From positions 516,260 through 580,259 of the forward strand of contig NMRA01000017.1 in assembly GCA_002633005.1 (NCBI GenBank): 64,000 nt of DNA, written 5' to 3'. The DNA is from Phoronis australis. Taxonomy: Eukaryota; Animalia; Phoronida. Below, in pieces: positions 33,019 to 47,903 of the stretch. The notes below the pieces were generated by a model that ran no database searches, was not told the DNA's origin, and saw only the letters and a program-made list of their open reading frames with translations. Made by a program: the position numbers and the translations under genes. Position 1 is the first letter of the stretch, and each line of letters starts with the position of its first letter.

Positions 33019-34715
33019 TGTAAGATGCTTCAACATGAGCAAGACGATGTTCTGCCAACTCCTTGAGACTGGTCTATTTCCACAGTACCACAGAAAAAGA
33101 GTCAATCAAATAAAACACAATCATAGAGTATGTGGTATATTTAAACTTTAGAGGCACAGTAGGTGAGAGAAAAACAGGCAGTGGAAACAGAATAGTTTGG
33201 CAGCAGTCTTTCTTGCAGGCAATAAATTTTCTTGAATGACAGTGATTTCGAAATATAGCTGTCGTTTTCTGTATCATTCAATATATCCTGGCGATTTGCT
33301 CTTACTCTTGCTCTTCAGAGGTCCAACGAGTATACCGAGAGCCTGAGTGAGACTTCATTAAACTCGTCATCAGACGTCTCTGGCGTGTTTCCAACAAAAT
33401 GTACAACAGAAGCAGTATTCACGTTTCATACAAAATTGGTTCGAAATATTGAATACAGCTAACCACAGACAGGAAACAATAGAAATAACACAATGTCTGT
33501 AATGATGAGCAGTGGTCTGCACCGATTTCGTTCGCTCACTCGGAGGCTCTTCACGACATCTCACGGTGATCCTGGGTGTAATTACTTGAACTCCAGATAA
33601 TGTTGACATTTTCTGTTCTGCTTTAACACAGAACTCAAAATAAACATTTCGTTTTTTCGATTTATTTGGCTTTCAATCGTGTTATGTGCCAAACTCGGGT
33701 CCAGCAACTTAAACTTTTGCTTGTTAAACGTGTTTCTCACTCTCAACAAGCTTAGGAATCTTCACTTTAACATGATCTACAACATTGTCGGATACAGAAT
33801 ATCGCAGGGGGACCTGACCGATATGTCCATTAAGGATGGACGTTCGCGATGGCCCTAAACACGTTTCTCTTGCTTTGGTCATGGCTAAAGGGGATGTAGG
33901 GTCCCCAATGGGGACATAGAAATTCTTGATAGTATAATGTTTTTTTCATTTTGAGTTGTCCCCCGAAACACAGGTTTGTTGAATTAAAGTTTACGGAATC
34001 GTAACTGGATTATAGAGGTGCTATCGTGATAATGTTTTCACCCCTTGGTTATGTGAGCAGCAAAATCATTGTGGTAGTCAGTTCAGTTACAGCTAGCTAG
34101 CTAATGCGAACAAGATGACTTTTGGATGCATGACATGGTTGTGTGTTTCCATTATGTGCACTGAAAGTGGTCCGCCATCAGACATTTAAGAGTTTATTAA
34201 AATGAGAACGATATAGCTTAACCATCTTAAATGATTTTCAATTTTCAAAGAAGGCAACTTCCGCATCGGGTAGTGGTGAATTCTGCACTTCCGTTTACCA
34301 TGCCAGTAAATTTCGTTCATTCTATCGATTTTTCTGTGAAAGCGAAATTTCAACACTAGATTTGAAGTTATTTCAAGAACTTTTTCATTCTGATAACATT
34401 AGTATAGTACCATGCAATGATGTAATGCCTCTAATATCAATCTCTATACAATACTGTGATTTTTCTCAACTTGTCCATTTTAACAGCATTATATAATACA
34501 ATAAAATATAATGAATGTAATATAATTCTTTAAATTTTCTTGGCGTGTTTTTATTGTTTTCCGTTTGCACATCTTTAACAAGAATACCTGCATTCTAATC
34601 TGGGTAGTAATAGTTTTTCATGGACTCGGGTTATCTTATACGCTACATTTTTATTCCTTTTGGTTCCATGTCCTCAGAATATTATATAACACAGTAAAGA
34701 ACGAGGTGATGTCAT

Positions 34716-35010
34716 CGTACTTGCCAACAGATCCGCTTTTGGCGGGAATGTCTCGCTTTTGGCGGGAATGTCTCGCCTTTGGCGGGAATGTCTCGCTTTT
34801 GGCGGGAATGTCTCGCTTTTTGAAGGTTTCTTCTGCCGTCCCTTTATACCATCCAAACATCCCGCTCTTTGACACACAGCGAAATTGACTTATTACCGTT
34901 TAACACTATGATTTACCATGAAATATAGCCTTATTATTCCGTTGCAGTAAAAAAAATTGAAAACGTTGTCGAGACGTTTTCAGGTTTTCACCCTTGCGTT
35001 GGCAACTATG
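34716..35010. mobile_element. MITE with CrTAsTTGCCAAC termini containing a 20-bp tandem array
   Basis: CGTACTTGCCAAC ... GTTGGCAACTATG termini; (CGCTTTTGGCGGGAATGTCT) x ~4.3 at 34734-34820. Confidence 0.7.
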
Positions 35011-37802
35011 TAACATACTTATAGAGTTTCGAGCTTTTTTGATTCATTGAAACTCAGTAAACGAATGCCACAGGTCATGCTACTGCTAAAATACATTAAA
35101 GGAAATGTGCAGCCGAAAACGGAAGAGACTATGTTGAAGATTCAAATTACAGTCAACCACCTTTGAAATTGAGCTGCTCATCTACTCCTAAATTTGGCGT
35201 ACTAAATTGCAATGTTTATGTTGTGGCAATGACGTTATGCAAAAGATTAAATCTAAACAGATGAGAATGTGTTATAAAATGTGATATAAATGAATGACCG
35301 GGATGTACAAGCTTCGCGCAACTAGTAGTCGGTGAAATGTGGAACGATGAATGGGGATAAGTGGAAATATGTGTCGCACGTGCACTTTCTGCCGACGCAA
35401 AATATATCACAAGAGTTATCATCAGAGTTTGAATACAGTTGTGTTCAACCATTGAACAGCTTTTAACTTCTTGATTTTGATAAAGCTTTCAACACTCGTA
35501 AGCAACAAGATGCTTGTGAGATTAAAAGGCCTACTAATTTTTGTTTCCATCCTGCTGAACAGGGTTCTAACCCTGGTTATGTCCGTTTTTGTGAAGGTTG
35601 AGGCTGAGATACACCAGTCTAGTCACATTTACCATGATGACACACTGAGCGATGTAACTGACAATATGCACGCTATCCAAAATGAGCCAACAGTGACATC
35701 TGTAGGACTTAATGGCAAGTGTCGTAACTTTCGAGGACATCTTTCCAACAAACAAAAGTTCTCAAAACTGATGAAAAAAGAAAATGATGTTTAAAAAATA
35801 CCAAGCTTTGAATCAGTTGCTTCCAAGCATGTGGTGCCTGATACCACAGCTATAAATACAAGTAGATTTTTCAATAATGGCTGCCTCAATTTCTATATTT
35901 TATGCAAATATTCTACGTATATTCACCTTCAAAGTACATGTAGCTCCGTTAAATTCATTTTCCATATAAACATAGGCGCAAATATCAAAGAATACTTAGC
36001 TCTTCTGTAGTATCTGATACCACAGCTATACACACAAGCAGGATTTTCATTAATGGTTACCTTAATTTGCATAATTTATGCAAAACTTCGATGTATGTAC
36101 TTCCAAAGTTAAATTCACGGACCACAGAAGCATTGGTGAAAGCATCAAAATAATCTGCCTGCAATGATTGGTGAGGATGTTATAAGCAAAACAGAATTTT
36201 GCATAATGGCGGTCATAATTTGCATATTCAAAAAATACTCAAGGTTGTCAAGATAACAACCCAGCTCAAACACTTCAGGGGTGGCACTTATTCATGAAAC
36301 AACCAAAAAAACGTATACAACCAAGAATTTCTAAGTACCTATTTCTGGCTACTGGACCAGTGACCTTACCCCCGTTCGCACCTTTAAACCCGGCTATGCA
36401 CAAACACGGTTGAACTTGATGGGTAAATACCAATGGTATGCATATAGGCGTACGCATCGTGTTATCGGAAACAACACGTTTTCATAACGCTGACTATGCC
36501 GTGTTAAGCGTAACGACCAACAAAATACACTCGTCGACAGACAGGCGACATTGTGTCATAAATTATCATAGGATCGGATTTTTACGAAATCTTACAGTGT
36601 TCACAATGCGACAAACACTTTTCTATTCGTCGTTAACTTACAGTGTATGTCTGCACATCGATTTACTTGTGTATGTATAGACCCGGAGCCATGCACTGAG
36701 CGTCGCCATACATGATTAATCAGGTTTTCCGTTTATCAAGTTGACCAAAAGACCCTGAGGATTTACATCAAAGTGCTCAAATATTAGCTTAATACAACTT
36801 GAAGTAGAAAGGTAAAAATATCAAGGAAAGCAACTGATACCTTTTTGCACTGATGAAACGAATCAAAATGTTTATCTTTTACAGATTTAATAATTTTAAA
36901 AGCTGTTGTGGTTGATTTGTAATGTTTTAAAGCCTGTGATGTTAACATGTGTGAAAAACGTGTAAATAAAAGTAACAACAAGCCAAACTTAAGGATGCCT
37001 TTTCTAAGCACTGTGTTAACAAATATCTTGGTTGAAATGACCCGGCAACTCTAATTAATATGGCGTGCAAAAACGACTACTCTCACGGAATAGGAAAACA
37101 TAAAGAAACGCAAACGTTGCCTTTCATTCCGTGTCTAGAGCGCATCACTTAATGGTCCCAAGGACTGTCATATATGGGTTTAGGTGGGGTTAGTGGGGAC
37201 TAACCGTCAACTCGGAAGGGTATTTTCCTCTTTGAGTAACGTGGACGCAAATTGTTGAGGGGTATGAAAGTATTTGTATTGTTTTGTCTCACTTAAAACA
37301 TCTAATGAGTTTCCTAATTCGGAGGATCTGCTAGTTTTTAGCACCTTCAAGCCTAAATGTATTTGCACTTTTCCAGCACTGATTTTCCCAAGCGTGTCCG
37401 CTCTTATTGGAGTGAACATCTGGCTGACCATCAGAATTTTTTAAAACCAAAATTAAATATTAACTATTTTAAAAATCAATTTCACGTTGAAAAGGCATTA
37501 TTTGATTGTCATTTGATTTGTATAATCATCGTTAATTTATTAGGTTTATAACTGAAAGTGTTAAGTCTTTCAAACTAAAAGCGTGTAACTGCTTAGGTTA
37601 AATTTGTGTGGTTGGAATTTTGCGACTAAATCACCTGAAATTTGAAACGAAAATTCGAGAGGTGTCAAAGGGAAGAACAGCTTTTGTATTCTGTTAATCA
37701 ACTGTTTTAACAGTTTAAATTACTTTCCAAACACCAGTCTAAGCGTTGTGTATCTGGTGCCTAAAATATTCCAATTTCTAGGTGTCAAAAGCCGTTAGGT
37801 AA

Positions 37803-38060
37803 CATACGCGCACCCAGCCTGTAATATGGGGGGCTCGAATTTTCGATGACGTGGACCTTTTACTAACAAAAAAGCGGGAGGACTAAAAAACAATGGGATA
37901 CCATTTGCGGAGCTGGTAATTGTGTGTTTATGTTTTTAGTGGATTTTTGTCTCGTATTTCTCGGACTTTTTGTCCCTCTGAGGCGGACCTTTTCGCCCAC
38001 TTTGCCAAATGGAGAGGGGAGCTCGTTCGAGCCCCCGAGTCCCCCCTGGGCACGCGCACG
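37803..38060. mobile_element. ~260-bp MITE, same family as 24644-24904
   Basis: Collinear similarity and the same inverted termini. Confidence 0.75.
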
Positions 38061-39736
38061 CGTAAGATAAATCTTAATAAAAAGTGCATAAAATAACATA
38101 ATATAACAAGACGAACGTCGTTGTCGGTAAAGCGGCTAAAAACTTAATGTTTCGCTCATTGCTTTTTCTCAACGAGTGTTTCCGGATTTCCATTTTGGGA
38201 GGGCTCAAAAGTTTGTTGGTGTAAATGGTGAGTTTTTAAATTAATTTTGTAAAGATAAGAACATGTTGGGAGGAAGGAGACATGAAACTTGGTGCATTAA
38301 ACGGTGGCAAAATTGTCAACTCTTCTACTCAGACTTCCATTCACATTCACAATTTGTATAAATTTCCGAAATTAAGATCCAAGATATACTCACAAAAAGG
38401 GCAATTTGAAGGCAAACGTAGTCTTTTTGGATTCAAAAAACAACTATTGGCACAGAGACTTATCCAACATCTATTGGACTCACAATAAAAGTTGCGGGAT
38501 ACCCTAACATCAAAGTTTCACTTTGGGATTAGGGTTAATTAAAATTACGCTAGGCACAATGGCGTGTCTTCTTTGTCGACCTCAAGGAATATGTAGAAAA
38601 ATGTGACAGCCACAACAATAAGTTATTACTTCTATCAAAAAAGAATGCGTGGCATTTTTCGTTCCCGGTCAAGTAATGCAGTGACTATTCACTGACCATC
38701 TTCGCTGTCAAAAATAACAAAAAACATTAATAGCAGTTTTGATGAATTGAAAGTGGCAACCAAACACCGACTATTTTAACGAATTTCCAAGTAATTATTG
38801 CATGTCCGATTAAAAATACATCGGAATATCCCCTGTCTGTCAATTTTTGTTATGTAGTTGTTCATTGATCATGTTCATGGCGAAATACCCAGCATAACTA
38901 CAGAAAATAGGTTTGTGTGTGGTTGAGTTGTGCTGTACATGCATGTACATAGAGGGGTATAGGCTATACATTTGCCACGAAAACGTGAAGTCAGCGTCGA
39001 CTAATTGTACAAAATATGCAAAATGGTAGTTTTTGTACATAAAAACGAATTTATCCCAAACTGGGCGACAAATATCGCAAAAGCATCTTTTTAACGATAA
39101 TCTTATACGTGGTGAAAATTGTAGAACAGTCCATGCAAAGGTGTTTGATGCATCAATGTCTTCCGGGTTCTACTGCGAAAAAAGTTTGCTGGGTTATGCT
39201 CACCATGCGTGTGCGCGTACCGTTACGCGAACATGTGCGTCACCAGAGGTCACAAATTCACGTTCTCGTATTATGGAACACCAACGTGTACTTTTGAGAA
39301 CATGTCATTGCACTCGTTCATACGGAAATATGACTGTCTTGCAATGCAGACGTAAATCCGGAAGCCCACGTTGCGGATGTAAAAACTTACCAGTAATTGA
39401 TTATAGCCTTGACACTGCCGCGTGTACCAGTGCATGGATGTTTACAAGGGGCCAGCGTGTTCTACCGGCGACTTCCGGAGTCAAGCGTGCATTATACAAC
39501 GACGATTGCAAGACACTCGTATCAACAATTGACATTTACGCATTATCAAACCAACCCGTTGAATTACTTGGAAATCCGCCATTGTACTCATCTTCGATTT
39601 CCGGATTTGCGCAGTCATTTTACGCTTGCATTACAATCGCCGAAAGAATACACTCCTATGAGCGAGTGCCATGTTTGCGTTCCTTGATTTTAGTGTGTAA
39701 CGAGCCACATGACAATTCAGCTGATCGCCAATTATA

Positions 39737-40500
39737 AGGTATCTAAACTACACGATTAACGGACTGCTAAACAGACGGTGTCGGACGCTAAAACACGACT
39801 CACGTACCTGCAAACACCGTTCATTGACTCACATACACGGGCTCGGACTCTCAAAACACGATTCATTCACCCAAAATGCACGGTCAGACTCACATTCATG
39901 TAGAAACACGGCACACGGACCGTCAAACACGGTTTACGGATAAAATGTAGAAGGCTTCGACAGCTGTGTAATGGGTGCAAGATTAAATATAATTTTCATC
40001 ATATGTTTGTCTGTAATGTGATGTGATGTAATTGTTGTGAAATAGAAAGAATTTTTAATTTAAACTGATTATTTGTCTTACAATGTATTGAGGTCCAAAA
40101 ATTTTTTGTAACATCAATTCTCAATTTCGACAATGAGAGCAGCGACCGTTATCTTCTGTTTTCTTCTCAAAATGACTTGGACTGCTCGAATTCCGTAAAA
40201 AGATCCTCTGTTTCAATTCCCGTTCTGCTTAGTAATAATCACTATTTCACACTAATTACCCGAGAAGCCAATGAATCTGTGACCATGCATTTGGCATGCT
40301 TTATTCGAGTGAACAGTATTTGGCGGTACGTTTGTCGTGTTTGTGAGTCCGTGACCGCGTATTTTGGGTGAATGAATCGTGTTTTGTGAGTCCGATCCCG
40401 TGTATGTGAATCAGTGAACTGTGTTTGCAGGTTCGTGAGTCGTGTTTTTGCGCCTCACACCGTGTTTAGCAATATGTTAACCGAGTAGTCTAGTTACCTC
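39737..40500. mobile_element. Foldback/MITE with ~160-bp imperfect TIRs
   Basis: 39738-39893 (GGTATCTAAACTACACGATTAAC...AAAACACGATTCATTCACCCAAAAT) is the reverse complement of ~40342-40499. Confidence 0.85.
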
Positions 40501-43500
40501 GAATTAATACGTCCGTCCTGAAATAGCACAGCACCACTCTCATTCCAAGGTATTTACCCACAATGCAACACACGTGCCAAGTACGGTATTTGTCTTGCTT
40601 CTTCACATGCAAATGTACAAGGACTTGTGCTGTTGCATTCTGAGTTGCAGTGTTGACATCGCAAGGAATGGGCAAAAAGTGCAAATATTAGTGGTGTATG
40701 TACTTTTCTTGTTAATCAGCTAAGGAGTGTCTGACATTTTGAAAAATTGGTTGGTCAGTCGTGCAATGAATTTTTCTACTTCCACCAAAGAGGAGAGATC
40801 AATCCAGGATGGACCTATTTGTGTCGATAAATTACAACTACTCGTACTACTACCTCTGTGTTGTTCCACTTAACGTTCGAATGCGCGCTGGGTCTGATCT
40901 AAAAAAACATTATTCTTGTCGATATTGTCACTTTAAGGGAGGGGGGAAGGGACGACGGAAATTGGTACGTGTTCCTCTTTAAAACTTATGAAATTCCATT
41001 CTTCAGCATGTTCGCCATGAATAAAAAAATTAACAAACATCATAAGAAAGATGTTTAAGTTAGAATTAGATGTTCATATCCTCCTTAAGGTCCTGAAGTG
41101 CAAGAGATTATCGATTAATGCCCTTAATCGTGAATGGAACACCGTGTTCAACACAAAATTTGCCGCCTCAATGTCCCATATCACGACTGTCGCATGTGAC
41201 TAATAGGAGTGATGTTAGGGTGTTCCAGCCCGACTTTTCGATATGAAAGGTCGCACGCGACAATTAGCGTGTATAGACAGTGGTCCAAAAGTAATGTAGT
41301 CCAATCAATCGTCTACGAAAAATCGAAGTTAGATGACGTGGGCACTCAGAACATCTCAATCATTTTCAGTTTGAAAGTCTCGAGACTTTCCGTATGACTG
41401 AAGTCCGCACAAACACAGAAGACGAACTTCCCGGGAAATTTGAGACTAAGAAACTAACCGATGTGTTCCGGGTGAGAGGCAGCACCGTGAGTTGTGCCGT
41501 TCAGTCCTAGCTAAGTGTAATGAATAGCTCCAATGGCTACAGAGCCTTCCATAGTTACCGTTGCGAGATCCCACACGCGCAAAACATGGCAGATGTCCCG
41601 GTAAACATACTACAACACCGAACCTTTTCGACGAGTTCCCAGTCACAAAACTGTCACCATATAGGTAGCTTCCATGTTTGGTACCATAGTTTTTTGTTGG
41701 TGGCAACGGTGACGTGTTGTTACAGAATAAGAAATATGAATCTGGAGTTGCCGTTGACGTCACATTTCATTAAGGCGCATGTGCAGTGCACCCAATTATG
41801 TTTCACATATTTTATTGTTAACCTGATTGACCTAAGATACTAGTAAAGAAAAATAAATGTTTTCAAAACGCTATGAAGGTGAATTTATTTCCCTTTGGGC
41901 TTGTTTATTCGGACGTATGCGTTTATTCAGCTGATCGTCAGGTCTATTTGCCACATGCTTTTATATTGAGCAAACCTTTTTCTTAGTTAATCTCCGTAAA
42001 CTGTTCTGCGCAATCTTAGTGTGCCAAGATCATCGAAAAACTACCTTTCTGCTTTCGTTAGAAACGAATTTTTATTTGATTGAACATGGCAACGAACTCC
42101 ATGAGAGGCACCAGACAATAGGTGTCGTTAGTGGGGTGGTTAGAGGTGTACGCAGGAATGTGACTTTCATGAAGAATACGGCCTAATGCCCCATGGCTTG
42201 CAAACCGCCGTATTGATAAGATCTTGTCCGTCTGCGCATGTTGCCGGTAAACAACGTACAACCACCACTTAGCGTTGGAAGATATTGCCAGATTCGTTAC
42301 TAGCATAACATCAGTTAAGAATGGCCTTTAAGGAAAAAAAATACACCCGTAATTAGATTTTTTGTTAAAGTGACGAGTTCACCGCGACCTGACTATTCAA
42401 GCACGGTATTCTTCCGTAGATATATGAGGAAGGCATGAAATCTATCCTTTATCGAACAAAACTAAAGGAATAATAAAATAACAAAGAAATATTTATTATC
42501 AGAAACGTTTTAATTATCATGTTCACATATTTTAAAAATACTCGCCTTCATATGAAAATTACAGAAACAAGTTTAATCCCACTTTTCATATTTCGCTCTC
42601 ATGAGCATCAGTGGTTATGGATGGCGGCGATCGTAGTGTTTACATTTTACACAGTCTGTTTGGCTGGAATTATCAGCTTGATTGGCATGTCGGACGGGCG
42701 AGAGTTGCTGCTTAGTGTGCGGCTAGCTTGACATCATTGCGCAAATGCAAGTATTCTGGCTTATCACTTGCGATCAACTACGGTGAAGAGAGTTTAATTA
42801 TTACATCGATGGGATGTAACTTTTTCACGGTAGAAAGTAGGCCAGCCTTATGGTTTGAGGCGAGTAATAAGAAGGTAGACAAGACGTCTGACGAGCGTTC
42901 ACAAACAAAAAGACGATGACGGATCAGACTTACTGCCTTCTGATAGGACGGCATGTGAACGCTGTATAAACCTCCGGAACGCAGTTACCGGCCTCAGACC
43001 GAGCCACGGACAACGTCACAAAGTTGCATTCTTGATACCTTGGAAACCGTTCATCTTGCCACAGCGAGAGTTCTTTGTAATTCTGCCTGTGTAATGGTAC
43101 ATCTGACTCAATTCAGTGATTATTTTTGTTTTTATTTTTAACCGTTTTAAGGAAAAGTTCAATGCATCCGGGACCTATTTTGTACTCATTACATAAATCT
43201 CTCGTTAAGTTTCTGCACTAGGGCGGAGAGCGATTTTGAAATGCAGATATCAATGTGGTTTATTGTTTTAATAAAAGTTCCAACAAGACACGTACACTGC
43301 TAGACAGGTCAATTACCGGTGTCTATCACGCTGAATAATTTTCTATTGAAGTCATTTTTGATGTGATAATCGTTCTGCTTCGTGATACAAAAGTTACTTA
43401 GATCCGCATTCATAAAAATGTCATAGGTTGGCGAGGGCATATTGAGCATATCTAGGCCTACTAACAAAAGTCCACGGTAACTTAATTTATAACGGACCGG

Positions 43501-44007
43501 CTTGTTTCTTGTCACCACAGAGACGAACTAAGTAACCATTTTTGTGACCAACAGTGTTTAATTTCTGTGAGAAGTACTCACGCTTCATAGTCCACGCTCG
43601 CCTGTACACAAGATTTTCCAGTGCCTTTCAATTCTTACACTGAACCACCACCAGACACCTTTTCATGGCATTTAAGTAGCAAAAGAGGCTTAGTCATTAT
43701 TGTTTGTTTACAAGAAAATAGCCATACTCTGAAATCTTTTTCGTGTAGTTATCCTTTTGTGTCGATGCTTTTTTAAACCCGCGTTCAAGAAGCGAGCTTT
43801 TGATATTGACCACTTTGACCGCTATAAAATCTCAACTTGATTCGTATAAAAAATAATTGCAGGCGGTCTGATACAAGTTGTACCAGACGAACGTAGGCTG
43901 CGCATGTGGGACCATTGTACTGATCACCTGCAACCATTTTTATGCTTTATTAATATATAGTTAAAACCGAGCTGAGGAGCTAGAAACCTGACTCAAACGT
44001 TTAGCAG

Positions 44008-44083
44008 TGTGACGCAATGGGACTCGAGCCCACGACCTCGAGTAAGGAAAGCCGACACCTATCCCATTAGGCCAAACTGGATC
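44008..44083 (-). mobile_element. tRNA-derived SINE-like head
   Basis: Minus strand TGGCCTAATGGGATAGG (A box) ... GGTCGTGGGCTCGAGTCCC (B-box-like). Confidence 0.5.
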
Positions 44084-44160
44084 CTCACTTGATTCGTTAT
44101 TTATTAAGATTATATGTTTGTCGTATAAAATAACACGCCGTGACAAGATAATAAGCCTGC

Positions 44161-44309
44161 CTCCCGTTCAGTAACGCTAGGACCTCACTAAAAGCAAGAC
44201 TTCGCGAGATTACGTGAGATATTGCCGTGTATTTTAAATGAGAACACGTGACATTGTCTAGGTTTTAGCTAGGTCCTAGCGTAGGTCCTAGCGTCTACTG
44301 AACGCACGC
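44161..44309. mobile_element. MITE, same family as 32865-33018
   Basis: Collinear high similarity. Confidence 0.85.
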
Positions 44310-47300
44310 ATGCTCTCATGCAACAAAGAACTGTCGGTTCTTTCAAGAACCCTTGAACTCATCTTCTTTGCGTAACAATTTGAGATCAATTTCGTAACGG
44401 TAAGTGCTCCAAATCAAAAGGTGGTTTTTGTGATGGAAGGCAGACGTACTGCTTAAAGGGAGCAGATTCAGTAACAGGTTACAAGTTTTTCCAAACGAGA
44501 CTTATCTGCAGTTCCGTCATAATACTTTACCCAAATTTCCCGTCTCGCGTAAAACATCTACTTATAAGCCAATGAGGATAAACCAGCACGCACACCGGCA
44601 AAAACCTTACGGTCGTCGACGATTGCTGATACGTTAGATTCTGTGATTTATGTGTAAATTGATCTATAGACCGTGTAACAGACAAGATACAGTACTTACC
44701 AAGATATATGAAATGAAGTTGTGACGACTCGAGAGGAAACCACATGAGGCTTGTCCGAGCATACAATATTGCGCACGCCATATCAATATACAAGAACTAA
44801 TCTTAGGCAGCAGGCTACCTCAAGCAGAGTTAATTAACTGCAATAGTTTACTCGTGTTTATCCATGACAACATTACTGATCATCACAATGTTTCTTTGAG
44901 CATAAACTATGGCAACGAGTATTCTTAAAGAAGGGTGGTCATAGGACGATGGCTCTCATAGAACAACTATAAAAGAGCTGTGCGTCAGTGACATTGCTTG
45001 AACCGACATTCCATGTGCTGCAATAAGATCATACTTCATTTATGGTAAATCGAAGATTACTTATCCGTCTCATCAATGGTGGTTAATTTTTGGAAAACTT
45101 TATTACTGGCTGTCAGCTAGCCGCTATCCTTGTTGGGGAAAAACAAAATTGTTCTGTTGCAGGCCCAGTAGACCACCAGTCCTGGTAACTCAGTTAGGCT
45201 GCAGCTTGGCTTTGTAGCCTAATAGTACGCCGAGTGGCAACCTACCGTACAACATTGTCGATTACGTAAATTTTACTTTTTTAGTTTCATGCATCAAGTT
45301 TTCTAGTTCGTTTTTCTTGTACAAAACATATCTTTGTGTGATAATCTATCAAAACCAAAAACTATTAATTACTGAACTTATGAAACGTGAACTACCACTG
45401 TTTTGATGCCGTCTTTTGAAAAGATGACTTCGCAAATATCACATGACCAATTGATTTTTTACCAATAATCATGAGGGTGCGGGTAATTGTTGCGGGCGAA
45501 GACCAGACTACACATCACGCCATCTGGCATCAAGTCTGGATTAGAATCAACGGACTGATGCGTTCGAAAATAAACAAAAACAATGAAATTTCCTTTGTTG
45601 TTTGCGAGATCTTATTTCGTGACAGGTTAGGAGATTTTTATAGGAGTCTTAAAATCGGTTCGGCAAAGAGATGGGAAATTTCATCAAAAATATTCACCGC
45701 AAGAAATGAAAGTCATTAATAATCTTTAAACTTGAAATGCATACTGGGGGCATATCGGGAACGTGTGTGCGGTGTGAGAAAATCACATCAATTCATGGAC
45801 GGAAAGATTACTTTAATGGTTTCCACTTCTGCGCCGACAATTATCGTCTGCTCACCCAAAGCGGGGGTAGGTTAAATGTCATAATAGTAAAAAAACCTGT
45901 TGTGGGCTGATGGAGTTTACTGTTGCGCCGACTTACCTTTATAAACAGTTAATAAACTGATTATCAAGGTAAAATCGCACGACAGCTGTTCTGATAAATT
46001 TGTACATTTTTACCTGGAATCAATAACATATAAATGAAACTTACGAAAACCACCTGAGGTAAAATGTCCCGACAATGCAACGCTACGTTTACGAAATAAA
46101 CTTTTCCTTTACCTATTTCCGGCCACCAATCTCGGAGGTCTCTTATGTCCACAATTGCACTATAGAAGATAACTTAAGCATGCTTCTCTGGTTTTTATTT
46201 ACTATGGTAATGTTGGTTTACTTAACTGTTGTTGTTGTTATTGATGTTGTTGTTGTTGTCGTTCTTGTTGTTAGGTTAAGATTGGTGTCCGTAAACTATA
46301 GATGTTCATTTTTAGAAATTGTCAAAGATCTAGTCACGACATAGTTACGTGTACCGTTAGAATGCCCTTTACATGGTCGTATTTGCTTGTGACGTCATTA
46401 GCAACTATCTTGCAATGAATCAAATGAACAGCAGCGTATTTGATTAAAGACACTTGTAACTTAATGATGAGATGAATTGTGTGTTACGAAACGTTTCCGC
46501 TGTCAAAACTTTGTTGTCATTTTCGACCATTTGGTCGAAATCTTAAAAACTGTATTATATTACTGTCACTGTCTACACCCTTACAACATATAGAGACTCT
46601 TCAGTATTGGAATTCACAATGGAACAGGAGAAAAAAACGTGCGAGAGCCGTGCTTGTCAGCAGCACAGGAAATAAATACATTCCAAAGTGAAGAAATTCG
46701 CGAGCGAAATACATAAGTTCTGCAGCGCGTTTTTGAAGATTTTTATAAGACGGAATTTACAAACATTGGTGCTAACATGTTTCATCAAAGGGTTCGTTAA
46801 CTAGCAGTGGACCTGCACTGTCGTATTCACTAGCGACGAGAACGCTTTGGCGCAGTAACATTTGAAACGAATAAAGATAATTAGGAGCGGCTGAGTATCT
46901 TTTTACGTACTGTAAATTAAATAATTGCTTAAACTTACCAGAAAGTGTTCCCCATGCAGACTGTTTCGTTTCGCAATCCTCGATTGTTTCGCCCGAAACG
47001 GGGACCATATCGCCAGGTAGTGACCAATGTTTTAACGTGTCAGTTTTTGTCACAGTTAAGGGTGTTTTTCTTACACCCTAAATTTAATAAATAGTTTAAC
47101 ATTCACCAAAATGTTTTACCAAAAGTACAGCCAGCATCCACTATGTCCATTCGTTTGCATGTGCTGCAAACCATAGGCACGTCGTAATTCATCGGTAGTC
47201 TTGAACAGAGTGAAGTTAGCGCAGCGAATGATCGCCCATATATAATGCCCTACGTAGAATTTCTGACGGAGTTTCGACTGTTCGTAACGACGTAAAGTTA

Positions 47301-47724
47301 TTGAGATGGAAAATATTAAAATAACTGTCTTCAACATTTGAGTGATTGTAAAATTTTACGTCAAACTTTTTAATTAGTAGAAGCAACGTACTCCGATCGA
47401 TAATTAATTAAAGCGTAAAATAAATTGGTTATTAGCTCTATTCACAGAAAAACGAATGTCAATGTGAGCTGATACCTTTATTTAGAAAAATAAGATTTAC
47501 TATCCAAAAATCTCACCTGTGATAAATATTTCTAGCACTATACATTTTAGAAGGTTTTTAGCAAATTGATTTGATTGTAACCCTGGCGCATATAATCACG
47601 CTTTCACAATTATGGTATTGAATGGTATTGAATGATTATAAGGAAACACGATCAAGAGCAACAAGAGAAAGGTAAGGGTAAGACGACAGTAAAGAGAGTG
47701 GCGACAACAGCAATGGCATGGACG

Positions 47725-47903
47725 TTAATGATGATGACGACGTTGACAACAGACGATAATGATGATGACGACGTTGACAACAGACGATAATGATGGTGGT
47801 CATAATGATGAAGAAATTGATGATGATGAAGATGATGATGATGCTCATGAAGACGATGATGAAGAAGATGACGATGATGATCATGATCATGACGATGATG
47901 ACG
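47725..47903. repeat. Degenerate (GAT)n microsatellite
   Basis: gatgat/gacgat/gaagat repeats. Confidence 0.9.

Noticed and set aside
35471-35794. 107-aa ORF with a hydrophobic start
   Set aside because: No recognisable homology or convincing splice context; lies among transposon-like sequence.
39033-39737. 234-aa ORF
   Set aside because: Non-ATG start, no recognisable domain, and it overlaps an inverted-repeat element (~39320-39640).
46153-46170. miR-92-like seed AATTGCACT
   Set aside because: The downstream sequence does not match miR-92 and no precursor hairpin is evident.
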